Shown one piece after another: positions 51,441 to 64,000 of a stretch of DNA of 64,000 bases (the first letter of the stretch is position 1; the number at the start of each line of letters is the position of its first letter). The position numbers and the translations under genes are program-made. The stretch is from Raillietiella orientalis (Eukaryota), in NCBI GenBank assembly GCA_036172245.1, contig JAYWIR010000032.1, positions 2,170,001 through 2,234,000 on the forward strand. Direction: 5' to 3'. Below the pieces are notes generated by a model, which was not told where the DNA came from, made no database searches, and saw nothing but the letters and a program-made list of their open reading frames with translations.

Positions 51441-53271
51441 ACATCCTCCGTCTGACGCCATCAATCCATGAAAAGAAGAAACGGCTGCAAAGTAAGAAAG
51501 TTTCCCATCGAACTCATGAAGAGTGGAGAACCCGCAAGCGTTAGATGGAGAGATGTGTCAGAGCCACTTAATATTTTTATGTGACCTGATACTTGAAATA
51601 AACCTGTTCTCCTCAAGTAAATTTCCGTTGGGCCACCCGTCTGGTGGCCAGTATGTGGAACTACTTTTTGAAAATGGATAGGATGTTTGGAGCTTGCTCC
51701 TATCCTGTGGCAGGTTGACCCGGAGTACTGCAGGAGCTCCGGCATCGGTCCATTACTTTCCTTTCCAAGAGGACAGCTACGCAGATGCAAAGACGCGATC
51801 CACGTTCTGTGCTCTCCCGAAATGATGGTCTGCTGCACTGTGGATGTCGGATGAGAAGCTGTGACAAATCAATTTCTTCCGAGAGCGCGAAACAGCCCGA
51901 AAATGCAGTTCCGCACTCTCGGTCGGCTGCAGCGACCGTGAGTGGTGGCGCCTGCGTCGGTGTGGCGGGCGCCTGTGAGGGGTGCACGCACCCATGACGA
52001 TCTGCGCTTCACGCGCCAGCATTGAGAGCGGGGAGCAGCAGTAGGAGAGCTGGCAGGGGCGGAATGGGATGAGCCGGATCAGGAAAAAAGGGAGTAAAGC
52101 AGGAGTGATGCGGGGTGAGTGGAGTGAGGTAAGGAAACCGCATATGATGATGAGTGGACGACGGCGGATAGCAGAATGGGAAGGAGTGGGGGATGGAAGA
52201 GACCTCTGGTGGTAAGAAGCTAAGGGGGTGGGAACAGAGTTGGATGGATTGGCATGGATGATCTGCTTCCGCGTGTGATGGGGAAGAGATGAAGCTGGAT
52301 GGTGGTAGTAGCGGTAGAAGTGGCGTGGAAGGTAGAGTCAAGGGGAAAAGGATGAGGACACAAAGGTGAAAATGCAGATTCGGACGGAATCGAGGAGAAT
52401 CCAGATGGGAAGTGTGGGGATGCAATATGAAAGCGCTCCAGGATGGACACGAGAATGGGCTCCTATAGGGCCTGGCACGTAATGGGGGATGATCTTGGAC
52501 GAGGGACGGCTTACGTGGGATGAGGAGGCCTGGGAGAGCGACCGAAAGAAAAGGCTGGGGCTGTTGATGACTGCCCGCCGTCTTAGGCAAATACCGCTGC
52601 TGAGGAAGCGAGACTTCTTGTGGTCGACGTCTCCACCGAGGGGGAACACCACCGCGCGCCTCCGCGCTGCTCGTTCCGCTCTCCTACGGAGGGCCCGGCG
52701 ACCCAGCCCCAACCTTAGAGCGTTCGCCCTCGAGAGCTCGAGAGTTTCCCGAGGCAGCCCCGTGTTCCAGCTGAGGGCATCAGCACGGAAGGGCTCAGGA
52801 ACGGAGGTGGAGCGAGCTGTGGCTGTAGGAATCCGGGAAGACGAGAACGGTGCATGGGAGGTCCCCAGCTGGGCTAAAAGGTCCCAGCAGAAGCAGACCC
52901 GGTGGCTGAGGACGACGCGGGTACGAAGGGAGAACGGCAACGAGGATGGGGCAGGGTGAAGAGCAACGGCAGGCAGACAGCAGGGAGAGAGATTTCTTCG
53001 GAGACAGAGACGCCACTTCTTCGCCCGCTGCGGAAGGAACGTACCATCAGAAAAAAGGGTCAGAAAATCATCAAAAAAAAAAAAAAAGGAAAAACGGGTC
53101 CAGGTGTCACCGGTCCCGTGCAGCTCATCGGAGACACCCTCTGGAGACGAAGTGTTGTTCCCGATGCTCACGTTCTTATGGAAGCCGCTGCGCTCAGGCA
53201 CGGTAGACGGGAAATTTATTTGAGGGAGGGGGGATGCGCGGTTGCGCTCGATTTCTGGGGTAACGCCGACA

Positions 53272-56200
53272 TCACCGGGAGTCAGTAGTGTTGTTCTGGT
53301 GGTCGTTCCCGCTGCTGATGATGACTGGGAAGCGGATGGTGCCGTTCCTGCCGTCCCCTAGGTCGGGCACTTTGTACACCGCTCTGGTGAGCGACTCGAT
53401 CCACGTCTGGTACTTGGCCACGTTGGTGTACACCCCAGGAATGTCCGAGGTGGCGCACTGCTTCATCCCGAAGCTGACACATCCGGCTAGGAAGGACGTC
53501 CCGTTGTTCGTTGTGCATATTAGAGGACCTCCGGAATCCCCCTGCTTTCCGGGATGGAAGGCGTAACCCTCGTTCCTGACCCGCTTTTCCGCCGACCTGA
53601 CCTGGCACGAGTCCGTGTCACCTCCCCCGTAGCACAGCATCTCCTCCGTTATCCTCACCGCTTCCTGGAACGCGTCCCGGCACGCCTGGTGGTCAAAGTG
53701 AGGCACCCAGGCGTACAGCAGATAGCGGGAAGCCTCGGAGACCTCCGTGTAACCCCAGCCGCTGACGATGCAGTCTCCTGGAGGCACAGCGATCAAGGGA
53801 AAGGGAAGAGGCGGATAGGGGCGCGCACTACGAGGATCCTTCCCACGGGCGCAATGGGCGCTTCCGACCCCGCGCATGCGTTACAAGATGCACAACTCGC
53901 CAGCGGAGGATCGCTGCTGCCGCGAGCGGGAGACTCGGTCCATCCGGAGAGCTCCCTGAGAACGGGAAGGGAGGCGGTCCTCTGCCGCTTCCTTTCCCGG
54001 ACCGAGGCGCCCCCACTCATCCTCCGCAGAGTCTTGCGCAGCTCTCGGCAGTGCACATCCTACTCCGTCCCGCCGGGGATAGCCTGGCTCGGAGGCTCCA
54101 GCTGACCAGGGAGGAGCCGAGATTGGCGAGACACCTGAGCGTCTGGCCGCAATCCGCTTAGGGGCTTCCACGTCCTGCCTCTGGATTCCGCGTGACCCTG
54201 CGCGAGGCATCCGGCCGCTCCCGAAGGACGTCCATCCGTCCCCAGAGTTTGCGAGGACAAGCACCAGCCTCGCGAGGCACTCGCATCCGCACGTGCGCAG
54301 TTCGCTAGCGGCGCCAGGATCTTCGTCGTCCCGTCGCGTGGACTGCTGCCTCGTTCTTATCTCCATGGAAGCAGTGCTTTCCCGGAGACTGCTGGGCGAG
54401 TCTGAAGGACCGTGGGGAGTTAACAGCGGAAAAAAGACAGGAAGTGGGAGAGGGTCCGCTGATGAGCTTCCCAGCAGCCATGCAAATTGCAACGGCGCTC
54501 CCTCTTCCGGTGAGTGGGCTCTCCCATTCTGCGAGCCCGTGGAGAGAGGAGCGAGACTCGGAAAGCTAGCTGACTCCATGTTGCCTTGGGCGCAGTTGCA
54601 GTCCCCTTTTTTTCTTTCCTGTCTTTTTTTATTTGGCTACCGGCTCGCCCTCCAAGAGAGGAGGCAGCGAAAGGAGGTAGGGATGTCACGGGAAGAAAGG
54701 ATAGAAGGGGTGGATGGAACAGAGCTCAACACCCTCTGACCTGACACGTGCACGTCGCTCCTGGGCAGGGCTACCATGTTCACATGAGATCGGGCCCCCA
54801 ATGCTGACAGAGCTAGGGACTTTGACAGCTCCAGCAGGGCGATGTCGTTGTACGGCCTTGAAAGGAAACCCAGACATTCAGAGGTTCCCTGGTGTCCTGG
54901 TGCCAGAGAAGCGGCCGAGCCTGTCCGGCGGGCATGCCGGGACAGAGCGACGCGGGTGAGGATAGCCTGAGGCAAGGGAGGGAGGGCAACTCCTATCCCT
55001 CGCTCCGAATGCAGCCCTTCTGGTGCGCCCGGAAAAAAAAGCAAAGCCCCTCGGCTTCCAGTGCTGGCAAGATCGAAACGAGGGGCAGAGCAGCTGCGGG
55101 AAGGGGAAGAAAGGGTGGGAGGAAACGGGGACGCACCCGAGTGGTCGCGCTCGAGCCCACGCGAGAGAAACGGATACTCACTTCCGGTACTTGGGATGGA
55201 TGATGATCCTCTTCACGGAGCTTATGGTCCCATTGGAGTCGTGCAGGTCCACGATCCCCGTCTTCACGTAGATGTCATGGGAGGACACGCGCTCCACGCA
55301 GTGGGCCGCAGTGACGATAAAGCGCGGGCTGATGACGGTGCCGCCGCAGTACGACGTGCTTTCAAACCTGCCGCATATCGCTGCCTGCCACGGGAACTGG
55401 TCTATGCGGGGAGAGAAGAATGGGCCCGTGAGGAACGGGCTGGACAACCCTCTGCGAAGCACCCGACGCGGCAGCTGCTGCCGGGGAAATTCGCGGGCAG
55501 GATGGTGGCACGATGGCGGGAAAGAGGAGGGAGAAGGGGGGGCACGTTCTCGTCCTCTAGATGACAGGAGGCGCGAAACTTCTCCCGGAGATCTTCCCGG
55601 CACACACCGAACTTCTCTTCACGATTCACGCAAGGCGTCCACTCGCCGTCGCGTTCCGCCTCTATTGCCGTCCTAGGCCTCCCCTTCCCTGGCAACATTG
55701 TTGCGTTTCCTTGCGTAGGCGCTACGGCTCCCGCCCGCAGTCGAGTGCAGCTCCCGCGCGCATTGTTGCGTCACCGCTTTCGTAAGCGCCCTCGGATAAG
55801 TCCGCTATTGGCCACGTATCCTCCTCCATGTTGATTTACGTGACGTATCCCTTCCCACGTGTTCTGGACGCTGCGGCGCTTTCGGCGCAGCAAAGCATTT
55901 CCGACGGGCTGTGAAAACGCCTTCAGCCGAAGAGGGAAATCTCCCTGCTGCCGCTGGACTAAAATCCGTGCGCATGTTTAGCGGCAAAATCGTCCGGGAT
56001 ACTGCGAAACCACGAATTCTTGAAGATTTGCAGTCTGGTCGAACGGACACATCAAATTGTGAAGTCAGATTGGGCTTTTCCTGTCTAAAGTTTGCCACGA
56101 GCTCTCTCCTCGGAGTGGGGTACAGGAGGCCCGCAGGATGGAGCGAAAGTGTCAGGGGCTCAGGCCACTTTTCGGGGGGGCAGCCCGTGAGCCCCGAGGA

Positions 56201-57605
56201 TGCGTCCCTGCGGGAATATTTCCGGCTGGTGTCTCCGCAGGATGGGTGAACCTCTGGCGTCTCCAGAGCTTGCGATGTTTCCTCTACGATGCGCGATGAA
56301 TCCCTCCTTTGCGTCGCCAATGGCAGCAGTCGCTCGCGGTCTTTCCCTCCGTGGTGTCTCGCCGTCGTGGCCTCGGCTGCTCGAGGATAGGCCGCCGCCA
56401 CCGGAGTGCCGCCCACAGCCGTAACGAGATGGGCGGCTCCATCGCCCTCTTTCTCCCGGAAACACCGTGCCTAGGCACCTCGCGAACCCGTGGGGGCGTC
56501 AAGATGGCAGGCGCCGCCTTCGCCACCGGTCGCAGCCACTCTCCAGGACGAGTAGCTTTCCCGGTGTTCCCATGAGGAGGACGAGCGTCCGCCGCATCCC
56601 CGGTCGCGCCCATTGGCGTCATAGCGAAGGGAAGAGGCGGATCGAAGCCCCTTCACCAGGAGTAGACGCGTTTCCACGGAGACGTGCGTGGATGTCTTCC
56701 AGACGTGGGTCCCAGCCCCCGTGGGTTGCATGAGATCGAGGCGGTGAAGCAGCAGACTCCGGGGTGAAGGCCAAGGGCATCGCTCCTTTCCTGGGGAAGG
56801 CGGCGAGGGCTCCTCCAGCTGCCCTGCCACCGGTGTCCCGAGGACACATCGTCACGCGAGCACTCCCTGAGAGTCTCGCAAAGACCCCAGCGAGAGGCTC
56901 CCGGCTCCTCTGCCTGCTCTCAGGCCCCCCCATGCGGAGTGGCACCGTTTCCCTTTGTACGGCAGCTTCCGCTCGGAAATCGCGCGAGGGCGCTTCTGCA
57001 CCAGGGGGGGGAGGAGCGACCCCGTCTGCTCGAGAGCCGCCGCTTCTCCTCGCTGCTTCCCTTCCCTTCACGGTCCCGCTTGAAGCACGCGGAGCGAGTG
57101 CACCGAAGAGGCTCCCGGGAGACGCGCATCACGTATTTACCGAAAGAGGGGGGAGGACGGTCTCTCCGACCGCCATCGAGTGTCCCCGCCGCTTCGCGGA
57201 GAAAACAGGGTTTTCCAAGGAAAGCGCCTCGCCCCCCTACCTCGGAGAGTGGATCGCGACCGCGATAGTGACCACTCTTCTCAGGGTGTCGTGAACGTCG
57301 CAACCGCCCGGAGACACGGCGGCACGCAGGTGATCCGGAGAGAAGAGCTCGCCTCGACCCCTCCCTCTTCATCCCATACCGTCTTCCCGGGGAATCCCTC
57401 CTCTCGGTGGAAGGACTCGCGCCCTCCACCTCATCCCCGGGCGGGGACGAATGTGCAAGAAGGAAAAGTACGAACCGATGGCCGCCCGCTTCCCGTTGAT
57501 GACCTTGCTGTGGACCTGCCCGCTGGCGCTCTCGGGACGCATCGCCCACACGACGACCAGGTGCACGCCGGCGGGCAGGAGGAGCGCCCTCAGCTTCCGG
57601 AGCAT
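53272..57605 (-). CDS. Secreted trypsin-like serine protease (family S1A), ~303 aa
   Basis: Manual 5-exon model: 57605-57476, 55401-55182, 54856-54741, 53777-53602, 53541-53272, all GT-AG and in phase. Signal-like N-terminus, activation site SK|VINGKRAAIDQFPWQAAI, YCGGTVIS, TAAHC (His), NDIALL (Asp), CIVSGWG, DSCQGDSGGPL (Ser; Asp189 indicates trypsin specificity), PGVYTNVAKYQTWI. Confidence 0.93.
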
Positions 57606-60600
57606 TCTCGAGAAAAGGAAAGAATGGCCCGGGTCGCTGCGGCACCGGTCTACCCACGCGCGCGCGCACTCGGGCGCACGCGGGAGCGCGAGCTGCGAGG
57701 GCGGCGGGTGGAAGGACGGGATCCGCCCACGCAGACTACAGGAGGCTCGCGAGGCAGGGCGATGGGTGGCTCGGCGACGACCGGCGGGCGCCCCACCACT
57801 GTACTCCCTTCTGAACGTGCTTGCCGGGGAGGTGAATTCGGCAGCGATACTCGCTCCCTCCTCGACGCAGCTCTTCCCTGAGCAACGGCTGCTTTGCTCC
57901 CAACCCCTTCTGCTGGCTGGGACCTTTCGCGACCTCGCTGACGATCCGCGTGCAGGCCGACCGAGAGCGAAGGGGCGGATACCTGGCGAAAAAGGGGTGC
58001 TGCTTTCCCGCGGACTGCCAGAACAGGCGCTCTCGAGCATAGCTGCCTGGGGCGACGAGTGCCACGGTTGCCATGCCGCCGGACGGGAGGAGGAGCAGCG
58101 ACCGACGGGCCGCAGGGGTCGGACGGAGAAAAATCAGGAGGGTCGCAGTGGGTGGCTTTCGGTTTTGCCTCCGCGGGCGAAGGCAGCGCTGCTACACCCC
58201 TACCCGTCCTCGAGAGTCCCCTCCTACAACAGATTCCACTGCTAATCAGGCACTCCTGCTCCAAAGGACGTCCCTCTAATGGATCGACCACTCCTGCGCT
58301 CCGGCTGAAGGATGGCTGGCTTTCCGGACATCCGTGTCAAAGGTGACGCGATTTGGATCCAAGAATTTTCGAGGGAGGGGCTGGAAACGAACGCGATGTT
58401 CGGGTGCTCCACCGATCGGAGCGCGAGCAGCCCTCGGAGCCTCCTTGCAGCATGGCTCTCATAGGCGGTGGAGCTCGTGCCGCCTCGTGAGGCGAGACAC
58501 GCATCCTTTCCGAAGAGGCTGAGCTCGTAAGCCGGCGCCGCAGTCGCGTTAGGAAAGCATCTCGCAAGCCTTCTGAGGATCTATAAACTCGAGCAGGATG
58601 ACGCCTTTCCTTTGCAATAGCGTTTGCTCGTCTACATTTTCACGCGGAAAATCTTCGCCAAACTGCGAGTTGATCGTGGCAACAATGACGCGGGAAAGCG
58701 CGCGAAGCCTACGGCGCGCGCCTCGTAAAACGCTCTCCAACGGCTCGCTTCAGTATGGCAGCCGGCGAAGCCCGCCATACTAAACTCACAAACTTGCGCG
58801 GCCATCAAAGTGAGCTTGTTGAGCTCGTGTGTTTACGAGTAATAATCGCAGCAAGTTCTTCAAGGAAAACACTCACACGCACACACTCTTGAGGAGGCCA
58901 CAAAATACGGTTGCATGTGTTCACCCCAAATTACCGACACCCGTGTGGTTAATTTTCATTTCGCTGCCATAAAAGCCTTCCTTTGGTGCCATCACTTTCT
59001 CTGCGGATCACTCTCTCTCATCTACAGAGGAATGTACGTTTTCCTCGATTCGCTCTTGTTTCCCTCGACTGAGACAGGGACGTGTTCTACACTGCTATCG
59101 TTAACACGAATGATGAATTCTATATTTCCAGCAGCCATTTTGAATCCTTACGATTTTGGATTGTCTATTCCGAAGGAGGTGCAAATTTGCGTCACCCGTA
59201 GATAAACAGTAAGCAGTGGCAATAGAAAGAGGTGCACTGCCATCCTTTGGAAAAAGGCAAATGTTCCTATTTTGATCTCAGCTGCGACATTCAATGAAGA
59301 AAGGGCAAACCTTTTACCGACTCCCTTAGTCACCCCATGTTCCCTAATTACCACGCATCTAACAGGAGCACTAGAAACCTACTCTGCATAGCTGGTAATA
59401 TGAAAATCTCGATCTCCTCCTTGATCGACCTAGCAGTTACGATTGCCATTTGGGGAATAAGATAGGTCCGATGGATAATCCAAAATCTCTCCATCTCTGA
59501 TGTCCTATTGCTGTCATCGCCCTAACACTGGATATCCATAAATTGCTCTTGACGCTCATCAATTGCTCATCATTTCCAAGATCCTTCCTTTCCCTGAGTA
59601 TTCACACCTACCCTGATTCTCTCTAGAAACCTCTAAAGGGAAAGTCCATCAGCCCGACAACACGAGCATTCCTAAATTACCCTCAAAACCCCTGAACACA
59701 TCCTCACATTTCCCACATCTCACAAATACCACCCCGTTTCATCGCCTTCGCAAATCAATAACTCCGCACATAAAAATATTGAGGATGGTTGTACTGCATC
59801 AGTCAACAGTTGGTGGTATACCAATACCCAATTCCCATAAACATGTCTTAATAGTAGCATGAGCATCATTTCCAACCCTCTCCATAATTCCTAAATACCC
59901 CATGGTCACCATTCCAATGTAAACCATAACTCTTCTAATCATTCCAGCCTCGACGAATAGAATGGATTCCTTGCAACAGTAACCAACGTAGTGGATGCAC
60001 TAAAACTGGAAACGGAACCGGCACTGAGACAGCCTCTGGCAATCGTGCGCCAGATGGCCCTCATGCTCTCGGTTATTCTGATGGCTATTCAAGAGTGTTA
60101 CATACCAACACCCGCACACATAAAATCCTAGAAACCTCTCATGATGAATCATCCTGCTTCCATCAGTAAAGTTCTGGTCTCGAGTGCAATTACTTAGAAA
60201 TGGGATGAAGGAAGTAAATTGAGATCCATACAAAGAACAGCTATACGATAAGAAATAATTCATAACCTGCCCCAAGGCAATGTTTTGTTTACCAGGACAG
60301 TTACCAGGATGCCAAAGTGATCCAATTGCCGGGAGCAAGATGCCGCTTCGTTCATCTCATACATTTCCAGCTTTTGGGTTCCACTTCCCAATGCAGAGGG
60401 AGCATGAAAGCACGTTCCGCGATTGACCCTCTATAGGCCGGTGTGACTTTGGGGTCACCTCCAACCTTGATTACGCTGTCCCTTGCGTCCCATGGAGAGG
60501 GCAGCACTGGAGTCACATACTAACATATCGGTGTTTTACTGGGATATTTGACTTTTTACCTCAAGGTGGCATATACAGCTTGTTGTATAACCTCTCCTTG

Positions 60601-60779
60601 GTAGCCAGTAACAGTCTTGGTATGGGATATCGACTGTAGCCCGAGGTATCGAGGTAAACGCTTCTGCGAGCTGTCTATAGATAAAAGTTGTATAAACCAT
60701 CCTGTGCAGTTGTTATTATTTTTTGTTCCATCGGTGTTTTCATAACGAACAAGAAACAGGTTTATCAAAACAAGAAAAA

Positions 60780-61315
60780 GCCTATGTAATAGCTCTTGGT
60801 TTGCATATCAATAATCTCTTATTTGTTTGCGTTTAAGCAACCATTTTGTTATTATTTCCAGACGATACAGCTTTGTGATTCTTAAGTTACAATGAGCTGT
60901 ATTCGGTGTTTTAACTGCTGTAGATGAATAACTAGAAGAGGAGAAGAAAAGGGGGATGGGTGCAGCACTTCCAGTGAGATGCGAGAAGATGAAATCGCAC
61001 ATTGGCCACTGTTTTCGGATAAGAAGGGAGGATGCAAAAAGCTGAGATGCAAAGCAGTTCCACAAACAAAATGTTCGAAATACAATGTGTACATCTTCGT
61101 TGAACGCCAAGCACAAACTGTTTTATGGAATTCCATGCTTGAGCTTTTCTTACACGCGCAAGTGCGTTGTACAATGCACGCCGTAGCAATCCCAAAGTTA
61201 CAAAGCATATTCGTTGTAATAAAATCACTCCAACTACTGAATTCATCAATAATTTGTAATTAGGGGTTTACATTCGTTCATTTCACGTTACTTGATTTTT
61301 TTTTATAGAGGGTTA
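60780..61315 (+). mobile_element. piggyBac transposase C-terminal remnant (PGBD2/3-like Cys-rich domain)
   Basis: CNSSWFAY (compare NAWxLY), KKRGMGAALP, MREDEIAHWPLFSDKKGGCKKLRCKAVPQTKCSKYNVYI (compare R.D...HWP.....RC...C...T...C.KC.V.LC). A possible degenerate terminus agggtta lies near 61309-61315. Confidence 0.7.
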
Positions 61316-62399
61316 CCGGGCAGCTGCATTCTGAAACACTAACCAAAGCACCAAGTCCGAATTCCCAGCTGTTCCCCTTGCGCTTGGAAGGGAACATCTT
61401 CATCGTCGCTCACGCTGTCATCAAGGAAGTCTCCCAAGAAATTCCCCACGCCTCCACGTTCAAAGCTACCGTGCGTTTTCGTCCTTCAAGTGACGACGAA
61501 CAGAGAAGAGCAAAACATGCCTAGGATGGTATCCATGGGCATCACAAACCATCATCCCTCTCCCGCCAGCTCTAGAAATTAAATCCTAGAAATCGCCGTA
61601 TTACTTCAGCTGCCGCACACAAAGCAATCGCAAACAAATCGTACCCGTTCGTCTTCAACAACCTTAGACCACGAAACACAAATCTGATCACACGTGTTCC
61701 GTAGCCACCTCTCAACAGATGTGCGTGCGTGGCTTCCCCATGAGTATAAAAGGGGGAGGTATAAAAGAGTACCTCCTAGACCTCGGCTTTTCTAATGGTG
61801 AATTTAAGAGCCCTTTGGGTATATGGATCCACCTCCCAATCCTCCATACGTCAATCGACGCAGGCGAGGCATCCCCATGGACCCCTTTATGGACGAAAGA
61901 TGCTTATTTATTCCGGTCTCGCCACCAGCTAACCAACAGCCAATCTGGTGTGGCACTCGTAGTGGAATCGGCCATGGTCACCTCATGATGGGACTGACGA
62001 GATGACAACAGTGTCTTTGTTGCAACACCCACTGTAACAACTCTCAGAGTCAAAGCCTCGGGCATTCTATTCACGTGTTTCCTTTCTCTTTTTAAAAGGC
62101 TAGTAGCGACCTGGAAGGGAGACCGTTACTACTGTTCCTGGATGATTATCATCCGCTTATGAAGAAGCATCTATTACGTTAAGATGATGGGAACCACAAA
62201 CATATAGTTTTGTAGTAGAACCGTTGGCTCTACCACGTGCAGTGAACCTGTCGAGGAGCGGTGCACAACTGGCGAGGACCTCTTCGGCAGGAAGAGGGAG
62301 GGGAAAACAAAAACACACCAAAAAAAAAACACAAAAAAACAGGAGAGGGGGAATTATACGCGGGGAGCGGGAGGGAGGGGGACCGAGGAAGGGATCATA

Positions 62400-64000
62400 T
62401 AGTACGCTGCCAGGAGTCCCCTGTTCAAGATGCCAGCAAGTTCCGTCCGGATAGCGCTCAGGTGTAGCCATCTCGAGGCAGTCCTTAGGAAGATTTGCGT
62501 CCAGTGGATGTAGCCCCTGCCATTCTGGCCTCTTCTCCCCTTATTCCAGGCTACCATGATCCCGCGAACGCAACAAAGGACTTCGAGGAACGCAGCTGGT
62601 GGCAAAGCGGCACGAGAGAAGAGGAGTTTCCAAATGTCCATGGGGGGCCGTCCGCTGGGATTCCTAGGATCGTCGCGAACCGATCCCAAAGGGGTCGAAG
62701 GACAGCAAAGTTCAACAGGTATGGGAGAATCTCCTCTTTCCCTCACCTGTCGCACTGAGCGCCCACGCTCCTCCCCGTGTCCAGTGGTGAAGGCGCTCTT
62801 TGCACGGGATTTCCCCATGCACCACCAGCAACTCCGACTCCTGCCGCTTGAGAGGGAGGGTGCCACTGCTCCAGCACGCTCGAGGCCACTTCACCTCTTC
62901 CGGAGGGATGCCGAGTAACTCTCTTTAGCGTACAAGTCCGTGGGGTGTGAGATACTCGGGGATGCAGTGTCCGTCACATGTCCCTCCTTCTTTGCTACTA
63001 TGCAGCAAGTCACCTCCAACCTTGATTATGCTGTTTCTTGCGTCCCTTAGAGAAAGCAGCACTGGAGCAAGGGGGATAGACGAGGCCCACTGCATCTTCT
63101 GCAGGTTGCGAACGATTCCCCCAACGACTTGCGAGTGTTGATGCCTCGTTGCAGGCAGGCGTACCCCGCTTCGCCATGGATCTTCCCCCAGGTGAAGATC
63201 GACTCCTGGAGCCAAGCAGTGCAGTTCGCGGGGAGGCAAAAGATCCAGGTGTTCTCCTCTATCAAAGCAACCATCTGATATCCGCAACGCCTCAGCAATC
63301 TCTCGCGAGTGACGAGGAGGGATGTGAGTCCCTCTTAGCCTGTTGCTCTCTTTACAAGGAGCTGCGCTGGTGCGCACAAGGGTGTGGTCCATAACCTCGC
63401 CGCGAGAGCGAGTCTTCTGAGTTGGAGCTGACGCTCCATCCCCTCCAGCGTAAGGAGGCCCAGTCTGCCATCCTTACGCGGAGCACACAAGTCTTTGAGT
63501 CTGACTGGACCTCCCTTTGTCTCACAGGACTTTCCTCTGGAGGTCCTCGGTCTTCTTGACGTTAGGTGGAGCGGAACAAACAAAAAGCAGGGAGCGTAGG
63601 AGGGAAGCCGCAAACGAGTTCCACACCGCGACCCTTGGTTCCAGCAAGCAAGACTTGCCCTTCTGGAACGGGCTGAGCACCATCTCTACTTTTTGGAGAC
63701 GGTCGGACCAGGCTTCTGCTATGCAGAATTCTCCCAAAGCAACGTCAAGGTACTTGAAGTACCCTTGGATCCCCAAGAGAATCCAGTCATTCCATTGAGC
63801 TCACGTCTTATTGACCGGCAGCAATGACGACTTCTCCCTGAACTCCCCGGAAACGAGGTGAATGCGCTGATTGCAATGGAAACCCCAATGCAACAGCAGA
63901 AGCGCGTCCTGTTTCCATGGAAGGGGGAATATAGACGTGTTCACGCACGAGGGAGGGACCACAATTTCTTCTGGGGGACACACTCAGGAGATCGCTCCAC
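62400..64000 (-). mobile_element. Degenerate L1/Tx1-like LINE ORF2 C-terminal region (continues beyond the window)
   Basis: YFKYLDVALG..AWSDRLQKVEMVLSPFQ..LLEPRVAVWNSFAASLL and LCAPRKDGRLGL (compare KYLG...W.....K......GR....N...S and P...GGLG). T-rich tract on the minus strand at ~62305-62340. Confidence 0.7.

Noticed and set aside
55402..55698. ORF MLPGKGRPRT... as the first exon or a clip domain of the trypsin gene
   Set aside because: It lacks a signal peptide, an activation motif and a full clip Cys pattern. The exon at 57605-57476 supplies these in the correct phase.
58549..60340. Possible LINE ORF1-like piece (58549-58740) and gag zinc-knuckle remnant (EGHLAHDC, ~60035-60065)
   Set aside because: The motifs are too short and degraded to assign with confidence.
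1..64000. Prokaryotic systems (CRISPR arrays, operons, rRNA)
   Set aside because: None seen; the intron-containing genes and TE landscape indicate an animal nuclear genome.

Overview
Eukaryotic, most likely arthropod, genomic DNA (spliceosomal introns often about 50-60 bp, an arthropod SmydA/msta-type gene, many decayed retroelements). The dominant structure is a ~24.8-kb palindrome: two ~7.8-kb inverted arms (about 22620-30390 and 39624-47390, by eye over 99% identical) around a unique 9.2-kb spacer. Each arm carries an intact 8-exon gene, missed by the ORF track, for a ~373-aa secreted pepsin-fold (A1) protein. Both catalytic DTG motifs are replaced (HANES and TTSTF), so it is a candidate pseudo-protease; the two copies point outward. 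The spacer holds a single-copy MYND+SET (SmydA/msta-like) gene of ~538 aa. A 5-exon trypsin-like serine protease gene (~303 aa, intact triad) lies at 53272-57605 (-). Most of the rest is a patchwork of degraded L1/Tx1-like LINEs, NeSL/R2-group RLE retrotransposons, a probable DIRS-like relic and a piggyBac transposase C-terminus. All gene models and alignments were made by manual reading; no searches were run.
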